From Lingula anatina (taxonomy: Eukaryota; Animalia; Brachiopoda), in assembly GCA_051362555.1 (NCBI GenBank), contig CM120648.1, forward strand, positions 19,154,587 to 19,218,586: a DNA stretch of 64,000 nucleotides, in the 5' to 3' direction. How positions within the stretch are numbered: position 1 is the stretch's first letter; every line of letters starts with the position of its first letter. Below, one piece after another: positions 41,064-54,146 of the stretch. Made by a program: the position numbers and the translations under genes. Below the pieces are notes generated by a model. It made no database searches and had not been told where the DNA came from. It worked only from the letters and a program-made list of their open reading frames with translations.

Positions 41064-41326
41064 TTACTGTTTAAATTCACTTCCTTTCTTGATTGACACT
41101 CCTTCCATCATCTCATCATCATCATTTAGACATAGCTGTTCAGTCTTGCTACTACTCACCTCCATCCTGTTACTCTCAAGCACATATGCAGGCATCCACC
41201 TCTCTAGATTTTCTCTCGCTTCCTCTCTGCTATCGCTTCACAATAAATATAACATCTGCAAACATCATCGTTCACCTTATCCATGAGTCCTTTTGTCAAT
41301 CTGAAGCATAACATTTGTATTACCAG

Positions 41327-41557
41327 GTGAGTTTAATGAACGGCTTCAACGGTTGTGTGAAAGGGGTAAGATTCCAGTATACCGACAGCGAGTAGCTATT
41401 GTTGGACCTTACGGTGTGGGAAAGACTCATCTCGCCAAGCGCCTTATCCATGAGGAATATATCAAAGAAGAAGATGCAAATACAACTGGCGTGAATATAT
41501 ACCGCCATAGGTGTGTTGTCCATAAAGCTGGCCGATCCTGTTGGATCAGAGGAAAAG
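41327..41557 (+). CDS. Exon encoding the N-terminal half of a Roc-type P-loop GTPase domain
   Basis: ccag|GT GAG...AAA G|gtaagc, 231 nt, phase 1-1: EFNERLQRLCERGKIPVYRQRVAIVGPYGVGKTHLAKRLIHEEYIKEEDANTTGVNIYRHRCVVHKAGRSCWIRGK; G1 GxxxxGKT and G2-like TxGV. Confidence 0.85.
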
Positions 41558-42006
41558 GTAAGCAGAATATAGGAAAACGTTAGACACATATGGAATTTGT
41601 TTATAAAGAATACAAAGAACAGAAGATAAGACATTTTCAATTTTACCACATAATTCACAATAAGGAATTATACATACATGAACGTGTGGGTGTCGAAATG
41701 TGTCCTTCCCTATCTTAGTATGGTAGACGAGGGGCTGAGTGAAAAAGTACCTAAATAAGTGGTGCCTTTGTATTGTTATCAATCAATTGACATACATGAC
41801 ACTTTACAATCTACTACTACAGCCCACTGATTATTTTTTAACTGGGTACAAACATGATAATTTCATTCTCTGTAAAAACACCATGCTTTATTTTACTCAA
41901 TATTGAATTAAATTTTTCAACGGTGTAGCCTGATACGTACACTCAGAAAAGGTACATTTAGATACAACGCTTGATCTAACTGTATGATCCTTCCACCTAT
42001 TCTCAG

Positions 42007-42162
42007 ATGATCCAAAAGACCAGTTTGCACAAAATATGGCAATTGGAGTACAGAATTCAGATACGTTTTGTGAGCCGGACTTAACAGTATTGGACCAAAT
42101 GCCACTAGAGGAATCCCTACCAGATTCGGAAGTGAATATTAATAACATGCTGACAAATAGAG
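42007..42162 (+). CDS. Predicted next exon (acidic linker/insert)
   Basis: ccttccacctattctcag|AT GAT...AGA G|gtattg, 156 nt, phase 1-1, open: DDPKDQFAQNMAIGVQNSDTFCEPDLTVLDQMPLEESLPDSEVNINNMLTNR. Confidence 0.7.
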
Positions 42163-42450
42163 GTATTGTACATGATTGTCTCGAATAGTTCATCTTGGTG
42201 CAATTTAAACAGATATTTGTAGTTATTCTTCTTTTTTGCCAAGAGATTCCACCTTCTATGTGTTTTTTGTTGGCCATTCCACATATATGTGCCTTGAAGA
42301 CAGCATCCCAAATTTTATTTTATATGTTTAAATTTTGTAAAGAAATTCCTTTCTAAATTCTTTTATCTTAGCCATGTTTTTGTTTACTTTAAAGTTGAGT
42401 CATTTTCTGCTAGAATGGTGTTTGATATTATTCTTCTCTTTATTCTACAG

Positions 42451-42501
42451 CTGCTCCCCCTGATGACAGTGAATTACCTGCCTCTCCTGACAAAACAGCA
42501 G
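42451..42501 (+). CDS. Predicted 51-nt micro-exon (Pro/Ser/Asp-rich)
   Basis: Strong pyrimidine tract ttcttctctttattctacag|CT GCT...GCA G|gtaaat, phase 1-1: AAPPDDSELPASPDKTA. Confidence 0.7.
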
Positions 42502-45500
42502 GTAAATAGTGCACATGTAGTAAAACAAGATTCTCGTGTATTCTTAGCTTGCCGATTAGGTATGTGAGTGTCTACATTCTTATTTTCATCAAACTGGGAC
42601 TTAGAACTCACATGGGCATCAAGCCCAGTGGTAATCAAATTTTCTTACTGTCCATGTTTTTAATAGAAGATAATTAAAATTTTGTGGTATTTATACAGTT
42701 GACCATTATGTTATATTGCATCAAAAACCTACTTTGTGCACTATCACCATAATGTCATAAAAAGAAAACTGTTACCTATTTTTTTATTTACAAAAATGGT
42801 TCTTAGGATTGACAAACAGCTTAAATTAGAAAACCAGCTCTTTTGAATTATTGTTTTAATCGAATTATGCATTTTTTGTGAAATTTTCATTTATCTCATT
42901 CTGGTGTGAGCTTGAACTCTCATGGGCCTGTTTTTACTTATAGTCCAAGAAATTGGTGCAGAAAAAAGGGTGAATTGTGCGTTTTTTACCTACAAGCATG
43001 AAATTTGCCACAGTTGTAGATAATGGAATTCTAAGCTTTTTTGGATATATGGGCATGTCTGAAAATTCCAGTATGGCCGCCAAATCCAATATGGCCACCA
43101 CAAATACTCTTTTAAATTAAAACATCTAATATATAGTCCTAAAATGGTTTAGAATATCATTTTATAGCTGGAAAATATCATGCTATGAATGAATTATCAA
43201 TATCCGCTTCTACAGGTGTATAGAATTCCAAAATGGCCTCCAAAAGTAAAATAAGCAGTTTACTTACGTAAAATATGCAGCAGTTTTGTAAAATCATCAA
43301 GCACTTACAATTACAAGCATAAAAATTGGCACAGTTATGTAGAACATGATTCTAAGCAACGTTGGATATAGGGGCATGTCTGAAAATTCCAATATGGCAG
43401 CCAATTTCAATATTGCCCCCAAAATACCCTTTCAAGGTGAAAGTTATTTGTATAGTCTTTTATAAAAATATCATTTAATGGTTAGAAAATACCATTGTAT
43501 GTATGAAGTATCAGTATCTGCCACTTAACGTTTTAAAATTCCAAAATGGCCTCCAAAAGTCAGCAGACCACAACTATTGAATTGTAATCACTCGTAAATA
43601 GGCATGTGGGCTTTGCAAACTACCTGTATAATCAGCATATTCCTACCTGTGCAGGAGCTATTCTACAGAGTTAAAAAAAAAAACATCAAGCATGATACAT
43701 TTATTATGTACTGAAAACAGTCCTTCTTTTGATAAACCAACATAAGTAGTTTGACTTTTTGCTCTTGATTCTCATTTAGATCAATTCCCAGTTAGCAATC
43801 TTCTTATATGGCACTCATGACTGACTCTCCCTTTCTAAGAAAAAAAGCATCGTGCAAAATTCATAAAATGTGAAAGAAACACCAGAATAACTTAGCCTTA
43901 AAGAGGCAAATATAAAAAACTTGGGGTGTACCAATTTTGTCTGTTGGTTATGATTCTTCAGCTAGATCAGTGCATGGCGCTTCATCAAATGCTCGTAAAT
44001 ATAAAAAAATGACAGCTAATCAAACATACAGGTCTCAACAATTTGGTGTTTTTTATTGGTAAAGTACTAAAAGCGGGGCACATTTGCACTCGATAATGTT
44101 ATGATGTTATCTTGTGCTTTAAAAGTAAATTAGAAAAGCTTCTTATTTAAAAAAATTGGCTTTAGTACATTCGCAGTAATGGCTACCGAGAATTTAGTGA
44201 AAATTTATGAGCAAAGAAATACCTGTACCCCAAACAGAGGGCAGGTGTTGATACGTGCTGTATCAAAGAGTTGCACTGCAGACTTCACACTTCGTGCACT
44301 AAAAAAGAAGCACTGATAGGCGCCAAACTTTGGTTTTCATTTGATCATTTGGCAACTTGTTTAGTTACAAACTTATACTTTCAAAAAACTGACATGAAAA
44401 TAAAAGAATTAAAATCCTCCAGACAGTTAATACATACAAAACTTCCAAAAACGATGTATTCTGAGGATTACACCAAGAAATTAGTGCAATATGGACTTTG
44501 AAAGGTAAATATTCATGAGATTTCCGGCATCATTGTCTCTGTGGGACAATCCAGAATGAAGCCATGAGGAGTATTCACTTACCCAGCTTACAAAATCTAC
44601 CAGGTAGCTCCTACCACATCTGTTTGTGGTTATGTGTGCAGTTGCTAACTGTGGTGAGGGGAGTCAGAAGCATTGGAAGACTGGTGCTATAAGGGTTCAC
44701 ACTAGTAACCTACATCTACTAATATGCCCTACCACACTTTCATATTCCTATTGACCCTCATGCATGTAAACTGATGCTTTCTGGTGTTAAAAACGACCAA
44801 TGCCTCTTGGTATTTTGTTGGGGAAAGTGGATTACATGTAGAAGCTTTAGCTTTAAGGAAATACTGGGAAAGCTGAGGGAAACACAACTACTAGTAAAGC
44901 TAGGCACACATTGATGAATGAAAATTATTTAACCAAATTAGTAGAAATTTCGGTGTAGCTAGCTGTTATCCTCTGTTGAGATATTGTCCATTTACTAAAG
45001 TAAAAGGTTGACCGCCCATAAAATGTGCAACTCTTACTTGATAAAATAACTTTCGTTAATTTGAAACTTATTTGTGAAAATACCTTGACATTTTCATATC
45101 CTTGACATTTATAGAATTGCTGCATGTGGTGTCACAACTAGACCAAAAGGAGTCCTGTTCCATTTTTATGTACAGACACAGATGTGTCTGTACATATTGC
45201 CATCACCTGCATCTGTCGTCGCCGATGGCGATGGCGATGGCGATGCCGGCGCCGTGCACTTTCCTTGTAAACACGATAAGTGGAGGGCAGTTTTACTTTT
45301 TGGCTTTATATTTACAGAGCTGATGAATATTCATAAAACGCAGGTCAAGTTCGAAAATCAGCATGATCGGGCCATTATTGTAGAAGTTATGCTGTTTTTT
45401 CACTTTTCAGCATATATTTCACATTTCCAAAGATTCAATTCTTAGGCATGTTAACAGTCTCATTATTAAACTAATAAGATACGAAAAAGTGTTTGTTTGG

Positions 45501-48500
45501 CATTTCCTGCATCTTTACAACATTGTTAGTTGATTTTGTAAAAATGATGGTTAATTTGTTATTGTGTATTGTGTAATAAAGTGTTAAAAATGGAAATAAA
45601 CTCATATCATTGCAGTTTGTCAGATTCAATCATCCACTATGTTCAGAATCTCATAATGGAAGAAATTGGACATTTAACACTGCTCTGTTGATATTTTTCC
45701 CATCTCATCAATTTTCTTAGTTGATCATATAAAAATGGCAGTAAACGGTTAATTTTGTTTTATGTTAAAAATTTTTAAAAATGGAAAAAAAAACATTTCA
45801 GATCAGTGCTGTCTTGTTTACATTTTGGCATTTTCAAGTTGTGACTTTCAAGTTCCATGGGCCTGAAGACCTTTGCTTGTCAAATTTTTATGTACAGACA
45901 CAGATGTGTCTGTACATCTTGCCATCACCTGCATCTGTCGTCGCCGTCGCCGATGCCAGCGCCGTGCACTTTCCTTGTAAACATGATAAGTGGAGGGCAG
46001 TTTTACTTTTTGGCTTTATATTTACAGAGCTGATGAATATTCATAATACGCAGGTCAAGTTCGAAAATCAGCATGATCGGGCCATTATTGTAGAAGTTAT
46101 GTTGTTTTTTCACTTTTCAGCATTTATGCAACCCTGTAAACACATTTTAAGGAAAACCGTTAAGCCTGTTGTCATGAAACTCACAGTAGTGGTCAATCTT
46201 ACTAAAACGCAGGTTGAGTTCGAAAATCAGGATAATCGGGCCATTATTTTAGAAGTAATGCTGCTTTTTCACATTTCCTCAGATTCAATTCTTAGGCAGG
46301 TTAACAGTCTCATTATTTAACTAATAAAACACGTAAAAGTGTTTGGTTGACATTTCCTGCATCTTTACAACATTATTAGTTGATTATGTAAAAATGATGG
46401 TAAACTTGTTATCGTGTATTGTGTAATAAAGTTTCAAAAATGGAAATAAACTCATATCATTGCAGTTTGTCAGCTTCAATCATTCACTATGTTCAGAATC
46501 TCAGAATGGAGGAAATTGGACATTCCGTCACTGTCACTGGCGCCGGCGCCGTTCACTTTCATTGTAAACATGATAAGTGGAAGGCAGTTTTACTTTTTGG
46601 CTGTATATTTACAGAGGTGATGAATATTCATAAAACGCAGGTCAAGTTCGAAAATCAGCATGATCGGGCCATTATTGTAAAAGTTATGCTTTTTATGTAC
46701 AGACACAGATGTGTCTGTACATATAGCCATCATCTGCGTCTGTCGTCGCCGTCGCCGTTGTCGCTGTCGCCGTCGTCGCCGTCGTCGCCGTCGCCGTGCA
46801 CTTTTACCGATAACACGATAAGTGGAAAACCATTTTGCCTTTTGATTTGAAACTTGCAGAACTGATGAATATTCATAATACGCAGGTCAAGTTCGAAAAT
46901 CAGCATGACCGGGTCACTCTTAGGGAATTTATGCTGTTTTTTCACTTTTTTCAACATATATGCAGCACCGATAACACGATAAGTGGAAAACCATTGTACC
47001 TTTTGGTATGAAACTTACAGAACTGATGAATATTCATAATATGCAGGTCAAGTTCAAAAATCGGCATGATTGGGCCATTTTTAGGGAATTTATGCTGTTT
47101 TTTCACTTTTCAATATAAATGCAACACTGATAACACAATATAAGAAAAACGGATTGGACAATTGGCATTATATTCACAGGAGTGGTCAATCTTACTAAAA
47201 CGCAGGTTGAGTTCGAGAATCAGCATAATCGGGCCATTATTTTAGAAGTTATACTGTTTTTTCACATTTCCTCAGATTCAATTATTAGGCATGTTAACAG
47301 TCTCATTATTGAACTTATTAGATGCGTAAAAGTGTTTGTTTGATATTTCCTGTATCTTTACAACATTGTTAGTTGATTATGTAAAAAAACATTGTAAACT
47401 TGTTATCATGTATTGTGTAATAAAGTGTCAAAAATGGAAATAAACTCATATCATTGCAGTTTGTCAGATTCAATCATCCACTATGTTCAGAATCTCAGAA
47501 TGGAGGAAATTGGACATTTAACACTGTTCTATTGATACTTTTCCCATCTCATCAATTTTCTTAGTTGGTCATATAAAAATGGCAGTAAAATGTTTATTTT
47601 GTTTTATGTTAAAAAAGTGTTAAAAATGGAAATAAACCCATTTCAGAACAGTGCTGTCTTGTTTACATTTTGGCATTTTTATGTACAGACACAGATGTGT
47701 CTGTACATATAGCCGTCATCTGCGTCTGTCGTCGCCGCCGTCGCCGTCGTTGCCGTCGCCGTCGCCGTGCACTTTTACCGATAACACGATAAATGGAAAA
47801 CTGTTTTTTCTTTTGGTATGAAACTTACAGAACTGATGAATATTCATAATACACAGGTCAAGTTCGAAAATCAGCATGATCGGGTCACTTTCAGGGAATT
47901 TATGCTGTTTTTTCACTTTTTTCAGCACATATGCAGCACTGATAACACGATAAGTGGAAAACCATTTTACCTTTTGACTTGAAACTTACAAAACTGATGA
48001 ATATTCATAATACGCAGGTCAAGTTCGAAAATCAGCATGATCGGGTCACTTTTAGGGAATTTATGCTGTTTTTTCACTTTTTTCAGCATATATGCAGCAC
48101 CGATAACACGATAAGTGAAAAACCAATTTACCTTTTGGCTTGAAAGTTACAGAACTGATGAATATTCATAATACGCAGGTCAAGTTCGAAAATCAGCATG
48201 ATCGGGTCATTTTTAGGGAATTTATGCTGTTTTTTCACTTTTTTCAGCATATATGCAACCCCGATAACACGATAAGTGGAAAACCATTCTACCTTTTGGC
48301 TTGAAACTTACAAAACTGATTAATATTCATAATACACAGGTCAAGTTCGAAAATCAGCATGATTGGGTCATTTTTAGGGAATTTATGCTGTTTTTTCACT
48401 TTTTTTCAGCATATATGCAGCACCGATAACACCATAAGTGGAAAACCAATTTACTTTTTGGCTTGAAACTTGCAGAACTGATAAATATTCATAAAACGCA

Positions 48501-51500
48501 AGTCAAGTTCGAAAATCAGCATGATTCGATTATTGTTAGGGAATTTATGCTGTTTTTTCACTTTTTTCAGCATATATGCAGCACTGATAACACAATAAGT
48601 GGAAAACTGTTTTTTCATTTGGCTTGAAACTTACAGAACTAATGAATATTCATAATAAGCAGGTCAAGTTTGAAAATCAGCAAGATCGGGCAATTTTTAT
48701 GGAAGTTATCCTGTTTTTTTTTTTTTTTTTCAATTTTTTCAGCACTTTTATAACACCGATAACATGATAAGTGTAAAAATGTTTTTCCTTTCCTTGGATT
48801 GAAATTTACAGAACTGGTGAATATTTATAATACGCAGGTCAAGTTTGAAAATTGGCATGATTGGACTATTTTTACAAAAGTAATGCTGTTTTTTTCCCTT
48901 TATTCAGCATACATGCAACACTGATAACGCATTTTAAGGAAAACCAATCAGCCTTTTGTCTTGCGACTCACAGGAGTGATCAATCTGACCAGTATACAGA
49001 TCAAGTTTGAAAATAAGCTTGATCAGTTAAGTTTTGATGAAGTTATTAGCCTTTTTGTATATAAGTGGTTTTTCTTCAGATTTAATTCTTAAGCATGTTA
49101 ACAGTCTCATAACGGTACTAATTGGATATGTTAAAGTGTTGTTTTAACATTTTCTGCTTCTTAACAATATTGTTAGTTGATCATATAAAAATGACCGTAA
49201 ACCTATTATCCTGCATTGTGTAATAAAGTATCAAAAATGGAAAGGAACTCATCATTGCAGTTCGTCAGATGCAATCATTCACTATGTTCAGAATCTCCAA
49301 ATGGAGCTAATTGGACATTATAAATTGTTCTATTGATATTTTTCCTATGTCAACAATTTTCCTAGTTGAACATTTAAAAATGACAGTTAATTGATGATGG
49401 TTTTATGTAAAAAAGGTGTTGAAAATGGAAAGAAAATCATTTCAGTACAGTTATCTCTTGTTAACATTTTGGCATTTTGAAAGTGTGACCCTAACTTCCA
49501 TGTCCTTGGAGACCTTTCCATATCACATTTTCTGAATATCCATGATACTTTTATTTTTTTATAAAAAATTTGATGGTCATTATGCTGTTAAGTATTATGT
49601 TATATTGCATGAAAGTTAAAGAAAACCCTATTTTGGACACTGCTGCCAGGATAGCGATTAAGGGAAAACCATGTTACTTATGATAATCAACCTTACTGAA
49701 AAGAGTGAAGTGCAGCTTGTGTTGGAAAACCATCGTAATTGTTTTCTGTTTTGAAAGCAATGCAGTACAGTGCTATTTGGTGCAATAAATGTATATGGAT
49801 AGTAGGCAGTTAATTCAGGGTTATAAAATAATTTGCTTAATTGATTTTCAAGTTATTTCAGGGTTATAAAATAATTTGCTTAATTAATTTTCAAGTGGGT
49901 ATTAAATGAGATTACATAAACACACATTGAGATTTCATTGTAAAGTCCCATCGGTTTAGTTTTCTTAACTGTGTCACATAATTAGGAATCGATGATTATT
50001 ATGCAGGTAAATGTTATTTAATATGGAAAATAAGTTTACAAAAAAAATTTTGTGTAACGCTTACATTAATGCTAAAGATGAATAACAGTGCCTTATTATT
50101 CTCAAACTCAATAGGGTTATTCATATCATGTTAGTAATTGTACAGCTAGATTAAAAGTTTGAATAGCAGCTTTATTGGTATTTTTTGTTATGTTTTATTT
50201 TACATTTTCTTTAAATTTTTTTATGCTGTTTTTTCACTTTTTTCAACATATATGCAACATTAATAACACAATATAAGAAAAACAGCTTAACCAATTGTCA
50301 TTATACTCACAGGAGTGGTCAATCTTACAAAAATGCAGGTTGAGTTCGAAAATCAGTGTTATCGGGCCATTATTTTAGAAGTTGTACTGTTTTTTCAAAT
50401 TTCCTCAGATTCAATTCTTAGGCATGTTAACAGTCTCATTATTGAACTAATAAGATACGTAAAAGTGTGTGTTTGATATTTCCTGCATCTTTACAACATT
50501 GTTAGTTGATTATGTAAAAATGATGGTAAACTTGTTATCATGTATTGTGTAATCAAGTGTCCAAAATGGAAATAAACTCATATCATTGCAGTTTGTCAGA
50601 TTCAATCATCCACATCTGCCATGATGACCATGATGGGAAAACCGTGTTACTTATGATTGTCAAACTTTCAAAAAAGAAACACAGGACTAAAATGCAGCCC
50701 AAGTTGGAAAAGCAGTCTAATGGGCTTCGTTTTCTGGAAGTTATACATTTTAGTGAAATATTCATTATCTTTTTGGCATATTCATTGTGGGACTCGGAGC
50801 TCCCATGGACATGAAGCCGGATGGTAATCAAATTTTCTACATGTTCATGCTATTTATAGTCAATAATCAAAAATTGGTGATAATTATTCTATAATTTATT
50901 ATGTAATGTTACATCAAAATTTACAATAATCTTTTTGCACTGCTACTGCAAACATTATGAAAAGAAAACTGTGTTATTTATTATTATATTTAACTTAAGA
51001 GTATGATTTTTAGGATTGGCATGCAGTTCAAATTAGAAAGCCAGGTCAATTGGGTTATCATTTATTATTGAATTTAATGCAATTTTGTGTGAAATTTAAT
51101 TTTTCTCATTCTGGCACTTTCTAAGTATAAACTTGAACTCTGATGGGCCTGAAGCCTTATGCTTTTACTTTCATCAGTGTTACCTGTTGTGCAAAATTAA
51201 AATTTGATGTTGACTGTGCAGTTAAACATAATGTATTATTGCATCAGAAGTGGTAGTCTCCTATTTTGTGCATTATTGTTTTGTGCTCTTCTTAAGTTGT
51301 GACTTATGGGCCTGAAAGACCTTTGAGAGGGTCAGTCTATAAATTTCCCTTGGGTATCACTTCGCTAATTTCAGTTATAAAGTAATTTGCCTAATTGATA
51401 GGCTACATAAAGCACACTTGTGATTTGAGATTACATAAAGCACACTTGTTGATATTTCCCTGTAAACTCCCATAGGTTAAGCTCTCTGCTAGATTAATAA

Positions 51501-51552
51501 TAAGGAAGCAGTGATAATTATGCAGGTAAGTTTTGTTTAATATTGCAAATAA

Positions 51553-51621
<69 letters not shown>

Positions 51622-51672
51622 AACTGAAAGATTAAAAGTTTGAATAGCAGCTTCATTGGAATTATATTTATT

Positions 51673-51856
51673 TACCTCTGCCAAGGAGGTTATATTTTCA
51701 CCCCTGTTTGTCATCAACATAACTCAAAAAGTTATGGACCGATTTTGCTGAAATTTTCAGGAACTGTCAGAAGTGGGCCAAAGAGGACAAAAATCAATAA
51801 TAATCAACAATTGCTACCTTGGCAGAGGTCTGCACTCTTGGAGTGCTTTTCTAGTT
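51673..51856 (+). mobile_element. Short DINE-like element carried inside the long family (also 58251-58473, 61961-62190)
   Basis: tacctctgccaagg-aggt ... ccttggcagaggt, stem-loop gcactc..gagtgc, ttttctagtt. Confidence 0.7.
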
Positions 51857-52497
51857 TTGTTATGTTTTCCTTTATAATTTTTTCTCAAACACTTGCATTT
51901 GTGACTTTAAACTCTCATCCGCCTGAGACTCTGACATTTCTGTTTTTCCACATAAGCAGTTGTATTGTTTTTTATGTCTTTAAACATTATGTTACTTATG
52001 TAATATTATTTTATGCACTGTCATCATTTTTCAAATATTGAGACTTACATCATGTGAATTTGAACTCTCATGGTCCTGAAACTGTAATCTTATTGAAAGG
52101 GTAGATTGAGACCATCTTCTGGGACTTCCGGAAGACAGTCAGGTTATTAAGTTTATATTGCCTGGTATCTATTTTTTCTTCTGTTGGAAGACCATCAAAA
52201 TGGAGGATGGATCAAAATAGATACTTTGGAATACTGTCAGAGAATATCTCTGGGTCCGCTCATGTTATTGACCATTTTACCTGTTGTGCATGATTATAAA
52301 ATTCAGTGTTGACTGACAGTGCTATTATAAGCATTATTTATTATTGCATCAAAATTAACAAAATGACCTTTTTTGCATCTTTATTTTCTGTTTTTTGTTT
52401 GTACATTTGACAGCTTTGCTGCCTTGTTTTTCACTTTTCAGCATATATGCAACCCTATAAACACATTTCAAGGAAAACCGATAGGCCTTTTGTCATG

Positions 52498-54146
52498 CAG
52501 TGATTGCGAAAGCCGTCGGACCACGGCCATATGCCGGCAAAAGTTCTGTGGGCTGGAAAACCCTTTTAACTCATCGGCCCACATGTCCGACGGACTAAAG
52601 TCAGTTTCTTTAACAGACACCTCGCCTCATATTTGAATTTATCGTAAAGCTCTAAGTACGCACTATTCGCAAGTAAAACTTTAACTTGCGCCATACTGGC
52701 GCGTTTTGTAATAAAGCTCTACGTACATTATGATGTCGCTCGAAGTGTGCGTAGCCATGGTGTGAGGGCTGACATGTGACCCGTTTCACAAAAAAATGTA
52801 TCGAAACTGAAACAACTACAGGTCAATGAAAAACGTACTGCTCAAGACTCTGAAAACAGGCCGCTCAAACTGCTTACGACTGGCCACGCGCGGACCTCTG
52901 AGAACACCTAACTACACGTGCTGGGTAAACAAGTATGGCTTCCGTCGGACTGCATGTTGAGTAAACGATAAGTGAAAAGGAGAAATATTCATTTGCTTTT
53001 TAGATGGGTGCTCTTAACTAATTTAAACGGATATTTTAAGTCATATTGCGCCTTTAGCGGTGCTATATGTCAAAATGAGGGACAACATCATTTTCCATGC
53101 GGAAAATCCGCAATGGCACAGTCAGGGTGCAAAACTGTCCATTACAGTATATTCATCTAAACTTTAGTCTTAGATATTGAATAAAAATTCTTTTCAGACT
53201 CTGGCCCGTAGCCAGGGATGGTTCAGGGGTTTCGAAAGAACCGCCTCTTATGCTGACAAAAGGTCCACTCTTGGTAAAATTTGATCTAGGTACATGGCGT
53301 TTTTATGGAAAAAGACCCTCCCCCCCCCTTTTAAAATTGCTGGCTACGGGCCTGCTATGAGAGCAATAGCTTTATTTTACAATAAAAATGGGATTTGTCT
53401 ACCTTTTCCATGTAGTGCAATTATTTGGCATAGTGCAATTATCAATTCTGAAGATTTTTCCATTAAGTACTGTACAATTTTTCAGACAGTATGTTTATTT
53501 TTGAAGATTTTTCCACACACTACAATTATTTAGGACTTCAGAGTAGTAGCATTTAGCCTTTTTTCATTGATTTTAATCATATAAAAAATATTGAAATACA
53601 ATGAATTTTCTTTAAATAATTCACGGCACACATTTTTAAAAAATGGCACACTTTTTTTGACCAAGTGGGCCAAAATGGCCCTACCAGATTTTGACCCAGG
53701 ACAATCCCTGCTAACAGACAAGCATTTTTCCAAGAGTGAAAATCTAAAAAACGTTACAAAAGTTGGAAGCTCCACTTCACTATGACTTATGTTTTAATTT
53801 AAGTCAAAAATTGGAATAAAATTTACAAAGGATACATGATCTTGTGTTAAAAGATTAGAAATTAAGATAGGCAACCCAGATGTAAAAAGGATAAAACTTA
53901 AATGCCAGAAAGCAACCAAAATGAAAGACGTTTAAACTTAAACCTTTAAACATCCTATTACATCTGGCCTGAAAATTAAAAAGCAACGATTTAAAATGCC
54001 AGACAATAATATTCATCAAAAATGAAGTGAAAATATACAGCTTGATTATTTTGTTGTGGGCCGGTAAAAAAAGGTGTGGGCTGACAAAATTTAATTTGCT
54101 CTAGCCCACATGTCTGGTAAGTTTTCAATCTCTTTCGCAATCACTG
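52498..54146. mobile_element. hAT-like non-autonomous element, 15-bp perfect TIR, 6-bp TSD
   Basis: gtcatg|CAGTGATTGCGAAAG ... CTTTCGCAATCACTG|gtcatg; empty site at ~55050. Contains a small MITE at 53201-53354. Confidence 0.88.

Noticed and set aside
44480-44510. atggactttgaaag|gtaaat as a further exon of the Roc gene
   Set aside because: No WDFxG in any frame, nearby stops, and it lies inside the Academ-like element.
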